A stretch of DNA of 31,943 bases from the NCBI GenBank assembly GCA_046498225.1, contig JAWOBF010000052.1, positions 1 to 31,943 of the forward strand. Reading direction: 5' to 3'. Shown in pieces: positions 1 to 9,544 of this stretch. The translations under genes and the position numbers were made by a program. Numbering within the stretch: position 1 is the stretch's first letter; every line of letters begins with the position of its first letter. Origin of the DNA: Candidatus Aegiribacteria sp. GTDB taxonomy: Bacteria; Fermentibacterota; Fermentibacteria; Fermentibacterales; JCC-6. The notes beneath the pieces are model-generated. The model did no database searches. It saw only the letters and a program-made list of their open reading frames with translations, and was not told the DNA's origin.

Positions 1-1
1 G

Positions 2-616
2 CTGCCCCGCATGGACGAAATAGTCCGGGAAGCTCCGGACCCTTTCACTGCCGGGCTGAAACTGGCCATAGCGGGCAACATAATCGACCTGGGAGCGAAA
101 CAGACAGTTTCAGACGACGAAATATCCAATACCCTTCATGAGGCCATGCACCTTCCCGTTCGGGGAATGGACCCTTCGGAGCTGAAAGCCAGGGTACATG
201 CCGCGAAGCGGGTGCTCTACCTCGCAGACAACGCGGGGGAGACGGTTTTCGACCGGAAGTTCCTCGAGCAGTTCCCCGCCGACAGGACAGTTGTGGCCGT
301 ACGGGGCGGACCGGCCCTGAACGATGCCACCATGGAGGACGCCCGGGCCGCGGGGCTCCACATGGTGGCGGAGCTTGTAGGCAACGGCTCCGGAGCGCCG
401 GCCACGGTCCTGAGCGACTGCTCCCCCGAGTTCAGGGAGCTGGTCCGTGCCGCGGACGTGATAGTGGCAAAGGGACAGGGCAACTACGAGTCCCTGTCAT
501 CCTCGGGACTGCCGGTTCATTTCCTGTTCAGGGTCAAGTGCGAACTGGTCGCCGGACACTGCGGCTTCCCCATGGGAAGCCTGGTGCTGCTGGACACCGC
601 CGCGGTCCATGGCTGA
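2..616 (+). CDS. DUF89/ARMT1-like damage-control phosphatase (5' partial)
   Basis: Motifs AIAGNIID, LADNAGE, VRGGPALNDAT and AKGQGNYESL are typical of DUF89. The frame is open to the window start, so the true start lies upstream. Confidence 0.85.
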   Translation: MPRMDEIVREAPDPFTAGLKLAIAGNIIDLGAKQTVSDDEISNTLHEAMHLPVRGMDPSELKARVHAAKRVLYLADNAGETVFDRKFLEQFPADRTVVAVRGGPALNDATMEDARAAGLHMVAELVGNGSGAPATVLSDCSPEFRELVRAADVIVAKGQGNYESLSSSGLPVHFLFRVKCELVAGHCGFPMGSLVLLDTAAVHG

Positions 617-1499
617 GGATAGTGGAAGCGAGACCGCCGGGCTTTTCGCCACGGATATGGACGGGACACTGCTCCAGCCGGAAGGCGGTTTTCACGATGA
701 CGACCTGCGGGCGCTGGAATCGCTTGGCCGGATGGGATTTCTCAGGGTAATAGCCACCGGCAGGTCTCCCTTCTCCTTTCGGAGGATGATGGGACGGAGG
801 GTTCTACCGGTGGACTACCTGGTGCTTTCCAGCGGCGCCTTCGTAATGGACTACAGGAGCGGCAGCTGTCTGAAGTCATCTTCCATGGACGGGGAGCTGA
901 CGGACCGGCTGGTTGAATGGCTCGTCTCCAGGAATTACGATTTCTGCGTGCAGTCCACCGGCCACGACAGCCATGCTTTCAGTTATTGCTACGCTTCCGG
1001 AGCGAACCCGGACATGGAAAGGCGCATAGAGCTGTATAGGGGCCACTGCGGTCCTCTGGCCTCCCCTGACGGGTCCGGTCCTTCCACGCAGATTGTGGTG
1101 ATACTCCCCTCCGGCGCGGGAGAAGACCGCCTGAAGGAGTTCAACTCCCATCTTGGCGGTGACTGCAGCATACTCAGGACTACCTCGCCCCTGGACGGTG
1201 AATCCATGTGGATAGAGATATTCCCGCCTGGAATATCCAAGAGCAGAGGGGTGGCATGGATAGCACAGAGGCACGGCATTTCACCCGCCGACACCGCCGC
1301 GGTGGGCAACGATTACAATGACCATGACCTGCTGGAATGGGCCGGGCATGCTTTCGTAGTGGAGGATTCCCCGGAGCATCTAAGGACCAGTTTCACAGAA
1401 GTCACATCGGTGGGCCGGGGAGCGGTGGCCCAGGCCGCAAGACTCTGGCTGATGGAGAGGGGCCAGCTCTCCGGTGAGGAAAACTGGCCCTCTTCCTAG
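609..1499 (+). CDS. Cof-type HAD-IIB family hydrolase
   Basis: HAD motifs DMDGTLL, ATGRS, SK (ISKSRG) and GNDYNDHDLL. The start overlaps the end of the DUF89 gene. Confidence 0.9.
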   Translation: MAEDSGSETAGLFATDMDGTLLQPEGGFHDDDLRALESLGRMGFLRVIATGRSPFSFRRMMGRRVLPVDYLVLSSGAFVMDYRSGSCLKSSSMDGELTDRLVEWLVSRNYDFCVQSTGHDSHAFSYCYASGANPDMERRIELYRGHCGPLASPDGSGPSTQIVVILPSGAGEDRLKEFNSHLGGDCSILRTTSPLDGESMWIEIFPPGISKSRGVAWIAQRHGISPADTAAVGNDYNDHDLLEWAGHAFVVEDSPEHLRTSFTEVTSVGRGAVAQAARLWLMERGQLSGEENWPSS

Positions 1500-1698
1500 C
1501 GCAGGCTCGCGTTCATGCGCTACATGTGGTATTCCGGCGAATCTTGCAGGGATTCACACACCGGTACCTGCAGGTAACTTCTGCATAAAACTTACCAGGC
1601 TCTATAATCCATTTTACTTCAGAAGGAAGATATTTATATACTCCTTCGAGAGGTGAACCTCATGCATATCGCCCGGCGGTTCTGTCCTTTTGCCGCGG

Positions 1699-3246
1699 CT
1701 ACCGGGACACAACTATCATTCTGGATGACGATATCAGGCCCGATGCGGCCCTGAGGCCGTATATCCCCGGCGGCAGCGGATTCAGGTCCACTGTTGCCTG
1801 GCCGGCACCGGCTTCCAGGGTCTGATGGACGACTTCCCTTCCGGTGATGTCGTAGACCCGCAGGCTTACCGGATTGCCGGTGACGCTCAGCCCTATATTG
1901 ATAACTGAAGCTGCCGGGACCGGGCCGATGCTGCTTATCAGCGGTTCCGGAGCGTCATTCCCCTCCATGCCCAGGGGAAGCGGGTCGGCGTAGACAGCTA
2001 CGGTGGCTATGGCAGCCCTGGCGCATTCCGTGCCGAAGGGGAAGTATTCCATGTAGTTCGCCAGCAGGTCCGTCTCCTGATGGTAGTAGGGATTCTCGTC
2101 CACTCCCTGTTCTATCCCCAGCAGGGCGGGGTATCCCTGGGCCCAGAAGGAGGCGTGGTCGCTGTATGTGGTACCGGGGGAGTAGACCACGTTCAGATCC
2201 AGTTCGGGAACGTAGGTTCCGGATATCTCCTGCATGTTCATGGCCAGGTCCTCGGAGATGGTGTTGTAGGGTACAAAAAGCTGCCTGTAGGGTTCCGGAC
2301 CGTAGAGTATCATGTCAAGGTTCATTACGGCTATTATGGAGTCGCCGCCGGCGGCCGCCTGGCCGGCGTAGTACTCGCTGCCGTGGAGACCCAGCTCCTC
2401 GGCCCCGAAGCAGAGGAACTTGATGGTGTAGCGGAAATTGTAATCGGACAGCACCCTTGCCGCCTCCACCACGGCGGCTGAGCCGCTGCCGTTGTCGTCC
2501 GCTCCCGGCGCGGTCTCCCACGGGTTCTGCATGGTTATGGAGTCCAGGTGGCCGCAGATGATGACGGTTACGTCAGGTTCGATAACCCCCGTCTTCTCCG
2601 CCACAACATTGTAGCTGGTATAGGTCTCGCCGTAGAAGACGAACTCGAAATCCTCAATCTCAGCTGTCATCCCGTACGACTGGAGTTTGTCGCTGGTCCA
2701 CTCGCAGGAGCTGTAGAAGGAATCGCTGACGCAGAGCCTGGTCTCGAAATCCTCCAGCCTCTGTATGACCGCTATAAGAGAGTCCTGATCCACCGCGTCA
2801 ACGATTGCAGTAATGTCCGGATCGCTGAGGGTGACCGGACGAAAGGGTTCCAGGGCCCTCTCGGAGTAGACCCGCAGGGGCTGGACAAGATGGACTCCCG
2901 GATAAGCTGTCGGGGCGGGAGGCGCGTCGCCGAGCTTCACCAGCGCAACCCGGTCCCGGCATAGAAGAACTTCACCCACCACCTCGGCGGACTCGGAATC
3001 CTCCGGTGTCCGCAGGTGGACCAGGCTGTAATCGGAAAGCTGGACAGGCCCCGTATCAACTACCAGGTAATCCGCCTCAAGAATGCTCCCGTCACCCAGG
3101 GCCAGGAACCAGTCGGTGGAGATATGAACGATGAACATCTCCTGCAGGACGGAAGTATCTGTCAGCTCCCTGATGTCCTGTTCCACAACGATAAGGTCCT
3201 GCCCGCCGGTTCCCAGCAGGCAGACCGCCGCAAGAAAGATAATCAT
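1699..3246 (-). CDS. Secreted M28 family metallopeptidase with C-terminal sorting (T9SS type A-like) domain
   Basis: Motifs GHLDS, GADDNGSG, AEELGL, NLDM, SDH and YH. Signal peptide MIIFLAAVCLLG follows an AAGGGA RBS (ATG at 3246). The C-terminus has VYDITGREV...GIYGL. Confidence 0.88.
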   Translation of the reverse strand: MIIFLAAVCLLGTGGQDLIVVEQDIRELTDTSVLQEMFIVHISTDWFLALGDGSILEADYLVVDTGPVQLSDYSLVHLRTPEDSESAEVVGEVLLCRDRVALVKLGDAPPAPTAYPGVHLVQPLRVYSERALEPFRPVTLSDPDITAIVDAVDQDSLIAVIQRLEDFETRLCVSDSFYSSCEWTSDKLQSYGMTAEIEDFEFVFYGETYTSYNVVAEKTGVIEPDVTVIICGHLDSITMQNPWETAPGADDNGSGSAAVVEAARVLSDYNFRYTIKFLCFGAEELGLHGSEYYAGQAAAGGDSIIAVMNLDMILYGPEPYRQLFVPYNTISEDLAMNMQEISGTYVPELDLNVVYSPGTTYSDHASFWAQGYPALLGIEQGVDENPYYHQETDLLANYMEYFPFGTECARAAIATVAVYADPLPLGMEGNDAPEPLISSIGPVPAASVINIGLSVTGNPVSLRVYDITGREVVHQTLEAGAGQATVDLNPLPPGIYGLRAASGLISSSRMIVVSR

Positions 3247-3355
3247 GGTCTTCCCTTCACTATTCTGTTCCGCTTTGAATTCTCCTACAGGAAACATAAT
3301 AGATAGGGTACCGGTATGTTTTACCGGGAACGGGGCGGGAATGCGGCAGAAGGAG

Positions 3356-3384
3356 GGGCCGGCGGTGAACTCGACCGCCGGCCC
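3356..3384 (-). terminator. GC-rich hairpin, probable terminator of the C25 gene
   Basis: GGGCCGGCGGT-7 nt-ACCGCCGGCCC, an 11-bp perfect stem 24 nt past the stop. The U-tract is weak. Confidence 0.55.
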
Positions 3385-3408
3385 GGGACCATTCAGCTGG
3401 AGCTCAGG

Positions 3409-5670
3409 CTACCTGGCCACGACGAACATCCTGGTAAGGCTGCCTGAAACAGGCGCAGTGAGCCTGACGAAGTAGACACCGTTTGGAACCCTCTCACCTC
3501 CGTCTGAGGTGCAGTCCCAGGAGATGGTGTGGGAACCGGCCTGCATCTCGCCGGGAACAAGGGTGGTGACCATCCTTCCGGAGAGGTCGTAAACGGTTAC
3601 AGATGTCTCCCCGGGAACAGGAAGACCGAACCTTATGGACGCGGCCGAAGTAACCGGGTTCGGGACAGGGGTATCGAGGTAAAGCCTGGGGAAGACCCCG
3701 CTGCCCGCGTCGCCTATGGCCACCGCCGGGTCGGCGTAGGTGACGGCAGGATGCTTGCTGTATGCGGTGGAAGTGATGGTTACCGGTTCCGACCCGGGAA
3801 TGGAGGAGATGTCCAGGGTTGCCGCGCCGGAGGCGTCGGTGTAGTCGGAATCCAGGAGTTCACCGGTATCGGCGTAGTAGGCGGCGACCATGGCTCCCTC
3901 AACTGGGGCCTCGGCCTCGTCGGTGACGGTCACCGGGAAGCTTCCCGCGCCTATGGTGGCGGCATGGGTGTTCTCCAGTATCGATATGGGGGAAGTGTCG
4001 TTGTAGATGGCGGTCTCGGGGTCGCCGAACAGATGTGTCATCATTATCATGCTCTCGCCGTCACCCCCGAAGTACGCGTCGCACTGGATCTTGCCCCAGG
4101 TGTGCGCGGCGCCCAGGTGATGCAGCTCCTCCGTGAAGTAGCCCCTGAATGTATGCACCTGAAGGGTGTCCCCCGGCCCCACCGGCGTATTGGTGGAGGA
4201 GCCCATCACGCTGATGGCCCCCCTGGGGTCCTCGATGGTCCCCTCGGCCAGGAACGCCTCGCAGAAGCAGTAGTAGTTGTCGAACTCGCCGTTCTGGCAG
4301 CCTATGGTGAATACCCACGGCTGTCTTCTGCCGTTGGTGAGGGATGCGATGTCGGAGATGCTGAACCCGGTTGTCATCCAGGCTGTCGGGCTGCCGTGGC
4401 CGATGTAGTTTATCACCGACCTGCCCTCGTTCAGGTCGGCTGTAACCTGCGAGAGGCTTGGCGATGTGCCGCCCAGGGCGTCGCAGTAGAAGTCCGACTC
4501 GATTGCGTGGGCCTGGAAGAGCTGATGTATCCTGAGGGCCTCTTCGGGAGCCTCGAAATCGGTGCAGGCCATGCTGAAGCCCCGCATGAACCAGTTCTCG
4601 CCAGAGGGCTGGTAGGGATTCGACTCGTGCTGGTGCAGCTTCCAGGAGATGTAGGCCAGGTCGTCGGTGTCGTTGCCGCATATTCTGCCCACGTGCATCG
4701 AGGGGATGACGCCGGAACCGATGACACCGTAGATGTTGTCCGCGGCGTGGCCGCCGTAATAGGGTGTCGCGACCACGTTGTCCCCGCCCACCAGCATGAC
4801 GTACTCGGGGGGATTGGGCCAGTTGTTGAAGGCGTCCTCCAGCCAGTCGTCTATCTCGTCGGAGCTTCCCCCTATCTCCGAGATGATGCCGGTCTCCACA
4901 TTGTAGCCCTTCTGGGCCTTCCATTCAATAAGATCCTGCGCCAGGTCTATGGACTCCTCCGAGCCTATGAAAACGTAGCTTCCCTCTATCAGGTCGGTAT
5001 CGGTGACCGGTTCCATTCCCAGGACTTCGTCGTACATTCCGAGAAAGCTCCTGGTGTAGCCCTGAGCACTCCGGGTAAGCTCGTTCTCGCCGGTCCCCCC
5101 GATGCCCCGTATGCATGCTGTCACCGAAGTGGTGACGAATACCTCCCCGGTAACCGGGTTAACGCTGACCGGGTTGTAGAGCACCCGCGCTACGCGGATG
5201 TCCCTCAGTATGTTGACGGACTCGATCTCCACCGGATTTGCCGGGAAGTTCCGGGGGGTGCTGTAAAGTCCGCTGTCAATCCGGTAGGGAACCGGGCCTC
5301 CCGACCAGGTGGGGGGCTCCTGGTACGGCGCTACATCGTACTTTCCGAGGTAACTGGTCTCCGCGCTGAGGATTTCCACCTCCACGTTGCCGGTTTCCGG
5401 CACATGGACCATCCGCCTCAGGGCGGGCAGGTCGGGAGAGCCGACGGCAGCCAGGAAACCCCCGCCCGCGGGTATGCGGAAGACCGTTCCCGGTCCGAAC
5501 CCCTCCAGGATGACGTCGGCCGCCTCAAGGGCCTGCAGGTTGAACTGGACAACCACCTCGCCCTCGGTAGACTCCACCAGAACGACCTCTTCTACAGGTG
5601 TATCGGCCCTGTAGACCACGTCTCCGAAAGAGAACGAAACAATGATAAGAGTCAATAAAAGAAACTTCAT
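3409..5670 (-). CDS. C25 (gingipain-family) cysteine peptidase with propeptide and FlgD-Ig/T9SS-like C-terminal domain
   Basis: Signal peptide MKFLLLTLIIVSFSFG after AAGGGAG (ATG at 5670). Propeptide GSPDLP, core segments LIEWKAQKGY, YVMLVG and VGRI, catalytic His (GHGS) and Cys (IGCQNG), LFGDP. The C-terminal domain reads PNPV...VYDLSGRMV...GVYFVRL. Confidence 0.9.
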   Translation of the reverse strand: MKFLLLTLIIVSFSFGDVVYRADTPVEEVVLVESTEGEVVVQFNLQALEAADVILEGFGPGTVFRIPAGGGFLAAVGSPDLPALRRMVHVPETGNVEVEILSAETSYLGKYDVAPYQEPPTWSGGPVPYRIDSGLYSTPRNFPANPVEIESVNILRDIRVARVLYNPVSVNPVTGEVFVTTSVTACIRGIGGTGENELTRSAQGYTRSFLGMYDEVLGMEPVTDTDLIEGSYVFIGSEESIDLAQDLIEWKAQKGYNVETGIISEIGGSSDEIDDWLEDAFNNWPNPPEYVMLVGGDNVVATPYYGGHAADNIYGVIGSGVIPSMHVGRICGNDTDDLAYISWKLHQHESNPYQPSGENWFMRGFSMACTDFEAPEEALRIHQLFQAHAIESDFYCDALGGTSPSLSQVTADLNEGRSVINYIGHGSPTAWMTTGFSISDIASLTNGRRQPWVFTIGCQNGEFDNYYCFCEAFLAEGTIEDPRGAISVMGSSTNTPVGPGDTLQVHTFRGYFTEELHHLGAAHTWGKIQCDAYFGGDGESMIMMTHLFGDPETAIYNDTSPISILENTHAATIGAGSFPVTVTDEAEAPVEGAMVAAYYADTGELLDSDYTDASGAATLDISSIPGSEPVTITSTAYSKHPAVTYADPAVAIGDAGSGVFPRLYLDTPVPNPVTSAASIRFGLPVPGETSVTVYDLSGRMVTTLVPGEMQAGSHTISWDCTSDGGERVPNGVYFVRLTAPVSGSLTRMFVVAR

Positions 5671-5833
5671 CTCATCTCCCTTAAGCTTGCGGTTATCATA
5701 CAATTGAGTCAGTCTACTATCCGAAACCCGCCCCTGCAAGTCAACGGCGGAATTACACCGGAACGGAAAAGTCCCGGTTCCTGCTATATTCCCACAATCA
5801 GCAGCCGCGCGGCCGGAAGGGGAGAGTGCAGAA

Positions 5834-6559
5834 TTGAGCATGTTCGCCATAGGGGACCTTCATCTTTCGTTTTCCGGCGACAAGCCCATGGACGTTTTCG
5901 GGGAGCACTGGCGGGACCATCACCTGCTGCTGGAGAAGAACTGGAGGAGCGCTGTGGGGGAGGCCGACACGGTGCTGCTCCCCGGAGACCTCTCGTGGGC
6001 CATGGACCTGGACGGGGCCATGGAAGACCTCCTCTGGCTGGACCGCCTGCCGGGAAGGAAGCTCCTGATAAAAGGGAATCACGACTACTGGTGGAGTTCC
6101 ATATCGAAGATGAGGGTAGTTCTTCCTGAAAGCGTAGTGCCCCTTCAGAACGAAGCGGTGGACATCGGGCCGGCCGTGGTCACCGGCACGCGGGGCTGGG
6201 TGACGCCCGAATCGGAGGGGTATTCGGAGGAAGATGACGGAAAGGTCTACCGCAGGGAGCTCCTGCGCCTGGGAATGGCACTGGATGCCGCTCGAGGGCT
6301 CATGGACGGCGGTAAGCCGCTGGTCGTGATGATGCACTACCCGCCCTTCTCAGGCGGGCGGCCCACGGAGTTCGCCGGAATGATGTCCGAGCGGGGAGTG
6401 GACCTCTGCGTCTACGGCCACATGCACATGGCCCCGGGCGAATGGCCCGATGACGTGGACGCGGAGATAGACGGTGTAACCTTTCGGCTTGTCTCGGCGG
6501 ACCGGCTGAACTTCCGTCCGCTGGAACTTGAAATGCCAAGCATTCCTACCGGCAGATGA
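5834..6559 (+). CDS. Calcineurin-like metallophosphoesterase
   Basis: Motifs GDLH, PGDLSWAM, GNHDYWW, MHYPP and YGHMH. TTG start after GGGAG. Confidence 0.88.
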   Translation: MSMFAIGDLHLSFSGDKPMDVFGEHWRDHHLLLEKNWRSAVGEADTVLLPGDLSWAMDLDGAMEDLLWLDRLPGRKLLIKGNHDYWWSSISKMRVVLPESVVPLQNEAVDIGPAVVTGTRGWVTPESEGYSEEDDGKVYRRELLRLGMALDAARGLMDGGKPLVVMMHYPPFSGGRPTEFAGMMSERGVDLCVYGHMHMAPGEWPDDVDAEIDGVTFRLVSADRLNFRPLELEMPSIPTGR

Positions 6560-6609
6560 GCGTATCAGCGAAAAAACCGCCGACAGCAAGGCAACTGTAC
6601 TGCTGAAGA

Positions 6610-6634
6610 CCCCGCGGCACGACTTTCCGCGGGG
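6610..6634. terminator. Hairpin between convergent genes, possible bidirectional terminator
   Basis: CCCCGCGG-9 nt-CCGCGGGG followed by CCTTTCTT on the + strand. Confidence 0.5.
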
Positions 6635-6696
6635 CCTTTCTTCATCTGTTATGAGGCTTCGACCCTGCACCCGGGCCGAGAGCCGCTTCTACTGAA

Positions 6697-9369
6697 TCAC
6701 TGCAGCGGCTGCAGCTTTTCGTCAACGCCTCCGGCCACAACCATGAACCAGCTGCCGGTGAAGTACCCGGCCGCCGCCTCTCGTATGTCGTCCACCGTCA
6801 GCCGAACCTTCTGCTCCAGTTCCCTCAGGTCTATGTCCAGGGGAACTCCCGTCGCCTCGCAGGCGGCCAGGTACCGGGCCTGCGAATCGTAGGAATCGTA
6901 GCTCAGGGCGTGGCGGCCGATGCTGCGGGACTGCTCGATCAGAAGCTCCTCTACCGCAACATCCTCCCTCTTCATCCGGTCTATTTCGTGGAGGACGGCA
7001 TCCAGTGCCCTGGACGCCGTGGGCGCTCCGGTGGCCAGCATGGCGATGAAGCGGCTGCCCCCGGCGGACCCGGAGGCGGGACCGTCCAGCCTGCTGCCCA
7101 CTATGTAGGCGAGGCCCTGGGTCTCCCTGATGTTCTGACCGAGCCTGGAGCCAATGCCGCCTCCCAGTATCCGGTTCATCACGGCGAAGGGAATGTAGTC
7201 CTCCGAAGTGTATGCGGGGGCTCTGCACGCCACTATCTCAGCCACCTGCACCTTGCCGGGCATGGACATTACGAGAGTGTCCGAAGGACCGTCCCTGAAC
7301 TCCAGGGGAACAAGTTCGGGCAGGGGTTCCTCGGGATTCGTCCAGTCTTCGAAGTGAAGTTCTGTCAGCGCAAGCGCCTCCTCCGGAGTGATGTCGCCTA
7401 CTACGGTGATAACGGCGCCTTCGGGCCTTACGCATGTGCGCCACCATTCCTCGGCATCGTTCCGGGTGATGGAGGAAACGGTCTCACCGGTCTCCGTCCT
7501 GCCGTTGCCCTCGCTCAGCAGAACATCGTCCACTTTGAGGAAGGCGGCGTAGAAGGGCTGCTCCATCCTAACCGCCAGATTGCCCAGCTGCTGCGTCTGC
7601 ACGCTCTGGAAATCATCTTCGGTCAGGGCCGGGCGCATAAGAAGGTCGGAGAGCGAGACGAAGAAGGTGTCGATGTTCCGGCTGAGCCCGTAGACGTTGG
7701 CCATGGAATAGTTGTCGTTCACCGCTATCCAGGTGCTGCTGCCCAGAACTGCCAGCCTCTCGTGGAAGGCCTCGTAATCAAGCTCATCGGTTCCCCGCAG
7801 CATAAGTTCCGAGGTCAGCGAGGATATGCCGCACATGTCGGGGTTCTCCCTGCGGACGCACATGGGCACTGCAGCCATTATCTCCACTATGGGGAAACTG
7901 TGGTCCTCCTTCACCAGAAGCACAAGACCGTTATTCAGCCGGAATCGCTCCACTCCTTCGGATATCGAGCTTTCCGGCAGCACGAACTCATCGGTGAGGT
8001 CCAGGCCGCTCCAGTCTGTGACTTCGGGCACTTCTGTCTCCGTGGTGCCGGCTGTGGAGGTCTCCGGCATTCCCGAAGCGCCCTCGGCTGCATGAAGCAC
8101 CGCCACCATCATCCTGTCCGGAGTGAAGTATTTGGCGGCCACCTCCCGGAGGTCCTCGGCCGTAAGGGCGGATATCTCCTCCAGTATCCGGTCGTAGGCG
8201 TCGATGTCACCGTAGGTCGAAAGGTAGTACGCGTGCCTCCACGCCTGCGAAACAGGGGTGTCCACACTGGTGAGCTGCCGGGCCACCAGATAATCCTGAA
8301 GGGTGGAGACCCTCCGCTCCGGAAGAGGCTCCCCGGCGGTGGCGAAGACTTCCTGAACCACGATGTCTATCACGCTGTCAACGTCAACTCCCTCCTGCAC
8401 ATTGCCGTAGAAGGAGAATGGACCCGTGTCCAGGCCGTAGGGAGCGCTGGAGTATCCAGAGGTCAGCAGACCGCCGTTCACCAGCTCCCTCTGCATCCAT
8501 CCCAGCCGGCCTCCGCTGAAGTGAGCGCTCAGCAGCATCAGCGCGGGAATGTCCGGGCTGTCGGGGCCGCAGCCCCGGAAGTAGACGAGGAACCTGTCGG
8601 ATTGCGCCGGGAACTCCATGTCCACCCTCTCCGGGTAGTCCCATTCAGTTATTTCAGGGACATTGTCCGGGACTGGCCCGTCACAGTGTATTCGGCCGAA
8701 GTACTCCTCTATCAGGGCAGCGGCCTCGTCCCGCTGGAAATCCCCCGCCACAACCAGCACGGCGTTGGAGGGTCTGTACCATGTCTCGTAATACTCCCTG
8801 ACGGATTCCTCGTCGAAGGCCGCTATGGTCTCGCCGGTTCCTATGACGCTCCGGGCCAGGGGATGGTCGCCGAAGAACTCCTGCCTGGCCCGGCTGTAGA
8901 GCTGGTTGTCCGGCGAGTCCTGCATAAGCCGCCACTCATCGGTCACCACCCCTATCTCCTGAGCGATGGCGGCGGAGTCCATCAGGCAGTTCTGCATCCT
9001 GTCGGCCTCTATTCTCAGGGCCTTCTCCAGCCTGGTGGAGGGGAAGTAGATGTGATAGGAGGTGAAATCCATGCCCGTGCCCCCGTTGGCGTTTCCCCCC
9101 TCCATCTGCACAAGCTGCCAGAATCGCGACCCCGGCATGTCGGGGGTTCCGTTGAACATCATGTGTTCTGTGAAATGGCTGATTCCGGATATTCCGGGAG
9201 CCTCGTTCCTCGCGCCGACACGGTACTGGACAAGCACGACCACGGTGGGAGCGAAGTCCATCCTGTCAAGGACCACCTGCAGACCGTTGTCCAGGGTATA
9301 TATTTCCGCGTCTTCAGCGGCAAGCAGGGAGGCGGTGAGAAGCAGTAACGCTGTAACAAGTACCTTCAT
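6697..9369 (-). CDS. Secreted M16 (pitrilysin/insulinase) zinc protease, two-module
   Basis: Signal peptide MKVLVTALLLLTASLLAA (ATG at 9369), LDNGL, inverted zinc motif HFTEH and EADRM. The second module (LNNGL, SRL...IRETQGLAY) lacks HxxEH. Confidence 0.9.
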   Translation of the reverse strand: MKVLVTALLLLTASLLAAEDAEIYTLDNGLQVVLDRMDFAPTVVVLVQYRVGARNEAPGISGISHFTEHMMFNGTPDMPGSRFWQLVQMEGGNANGGTGMDFTSYHIYFPSTRLEKALRIEADRMQNCLMDSAAIAQEIGVVTDEWRLMQDSPDNQLYSRARQEFFGDHPLARSVIGTGETIAAFDEESVREYYETWYRPSNAVLVVAGDFQRDEAAALIEEYFGRIHCDGPVPDNVPEITEWDYPERVDMEFPAQSDRFLVYFRGCGPDSPDIPALMLLSAHFSGGRLGWMQRELVNGGLLTSGYSSAPYGLDTGPFSFYGNVQEGVDVDSVIDIVVQEVFATAGEPLPERRVSTLQDYLVARQLTSVDTPVSQAWRHAYYLSTYGDIDAYDRILEEISALTAEDLREVAAKYFTPDRMMVAVLHAAEGASGMPETSTAGTTETEVPEVTDWSGLDLTDEFVLPESSISEGVERFRLNNGLVLLVKEDHSFPIVEIMAAVPMCVRRENPDMCGISSLTSELMLRGTDELDYEAFHERLAVLGSSTWIAVNDNYSMANVYGLSRNIDTFFVSLSDLLMRPALTEDDFQSVQTQQLGNLAVRMEQPFYAAFLKVDDVLLSEGNGRTETGETVSSITRNDAEEWWRTCVRPEGAVITVVGDITPEEALALTELHFEDWTNPEEPLPELVPLEFRDGPSDTLVMSMPGKVQVAEIVACRAPAYTSEDYIPFAVMNRILGGGIGSRLGQNIRETQGLAYIVGSRLDGPASGSAGGSRFIAMLATGAPTASRALDAVLHEIDRMKREDVAVEELLIEQSRSIGRHALSYDSYDSQARYLAACEATGVPLDIDLRELEQKVRLTVDDIREAAAGYFTGSWFMVVAGGVDEKLQPLQ

Positions 9370-9491
9370 GGCGACTTCCTCTCGCACAGATTATGACCGA
9401 TAAACGAATATCAGGCTGAATATATCGACTTCGGAGGAAAATGCGTATTATTCACCCGCGTCCTTCCCCATCGGCAGCCGCCGGAAGCGCA

Positions 9492-9534
9492 GAAATGTCC
9501 CATTTCCGTGCCGGGCCTTAAAATGGGACATTTC
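9492..9534 (-). terminator. 14-bp inverted repeat downstream of the FG-GAP (seleno)protein gene
   Basis: GAAATGTCCCATTT-15 nt-AAATGGGACATTTC, 10 nt after the stop codon at 9545. Confidence 0.6.
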
Positions 9535-9544
9535 CTGTTCAGCG

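Noticed and set aside
1565..1576. 12-bp palindrome TACCTGCAGGTA between convergent genes
   Set aside because: Single occurrence downstream of both genes, with no promoter context to suggest an operator.
3529..5658. 709-aa ORF antisense to the C25 peptidase
   Set aside because: It mirrors the real gene codon for codon and has no motifs. Such shadow ORFs are expected with high GC3.
6910..9348. 812-aa ORF antisense to the M16 protease
   Set aside because: Same shadow-ORF effect. The minus-strand gene carries the HxxEH motif and signal peptide.
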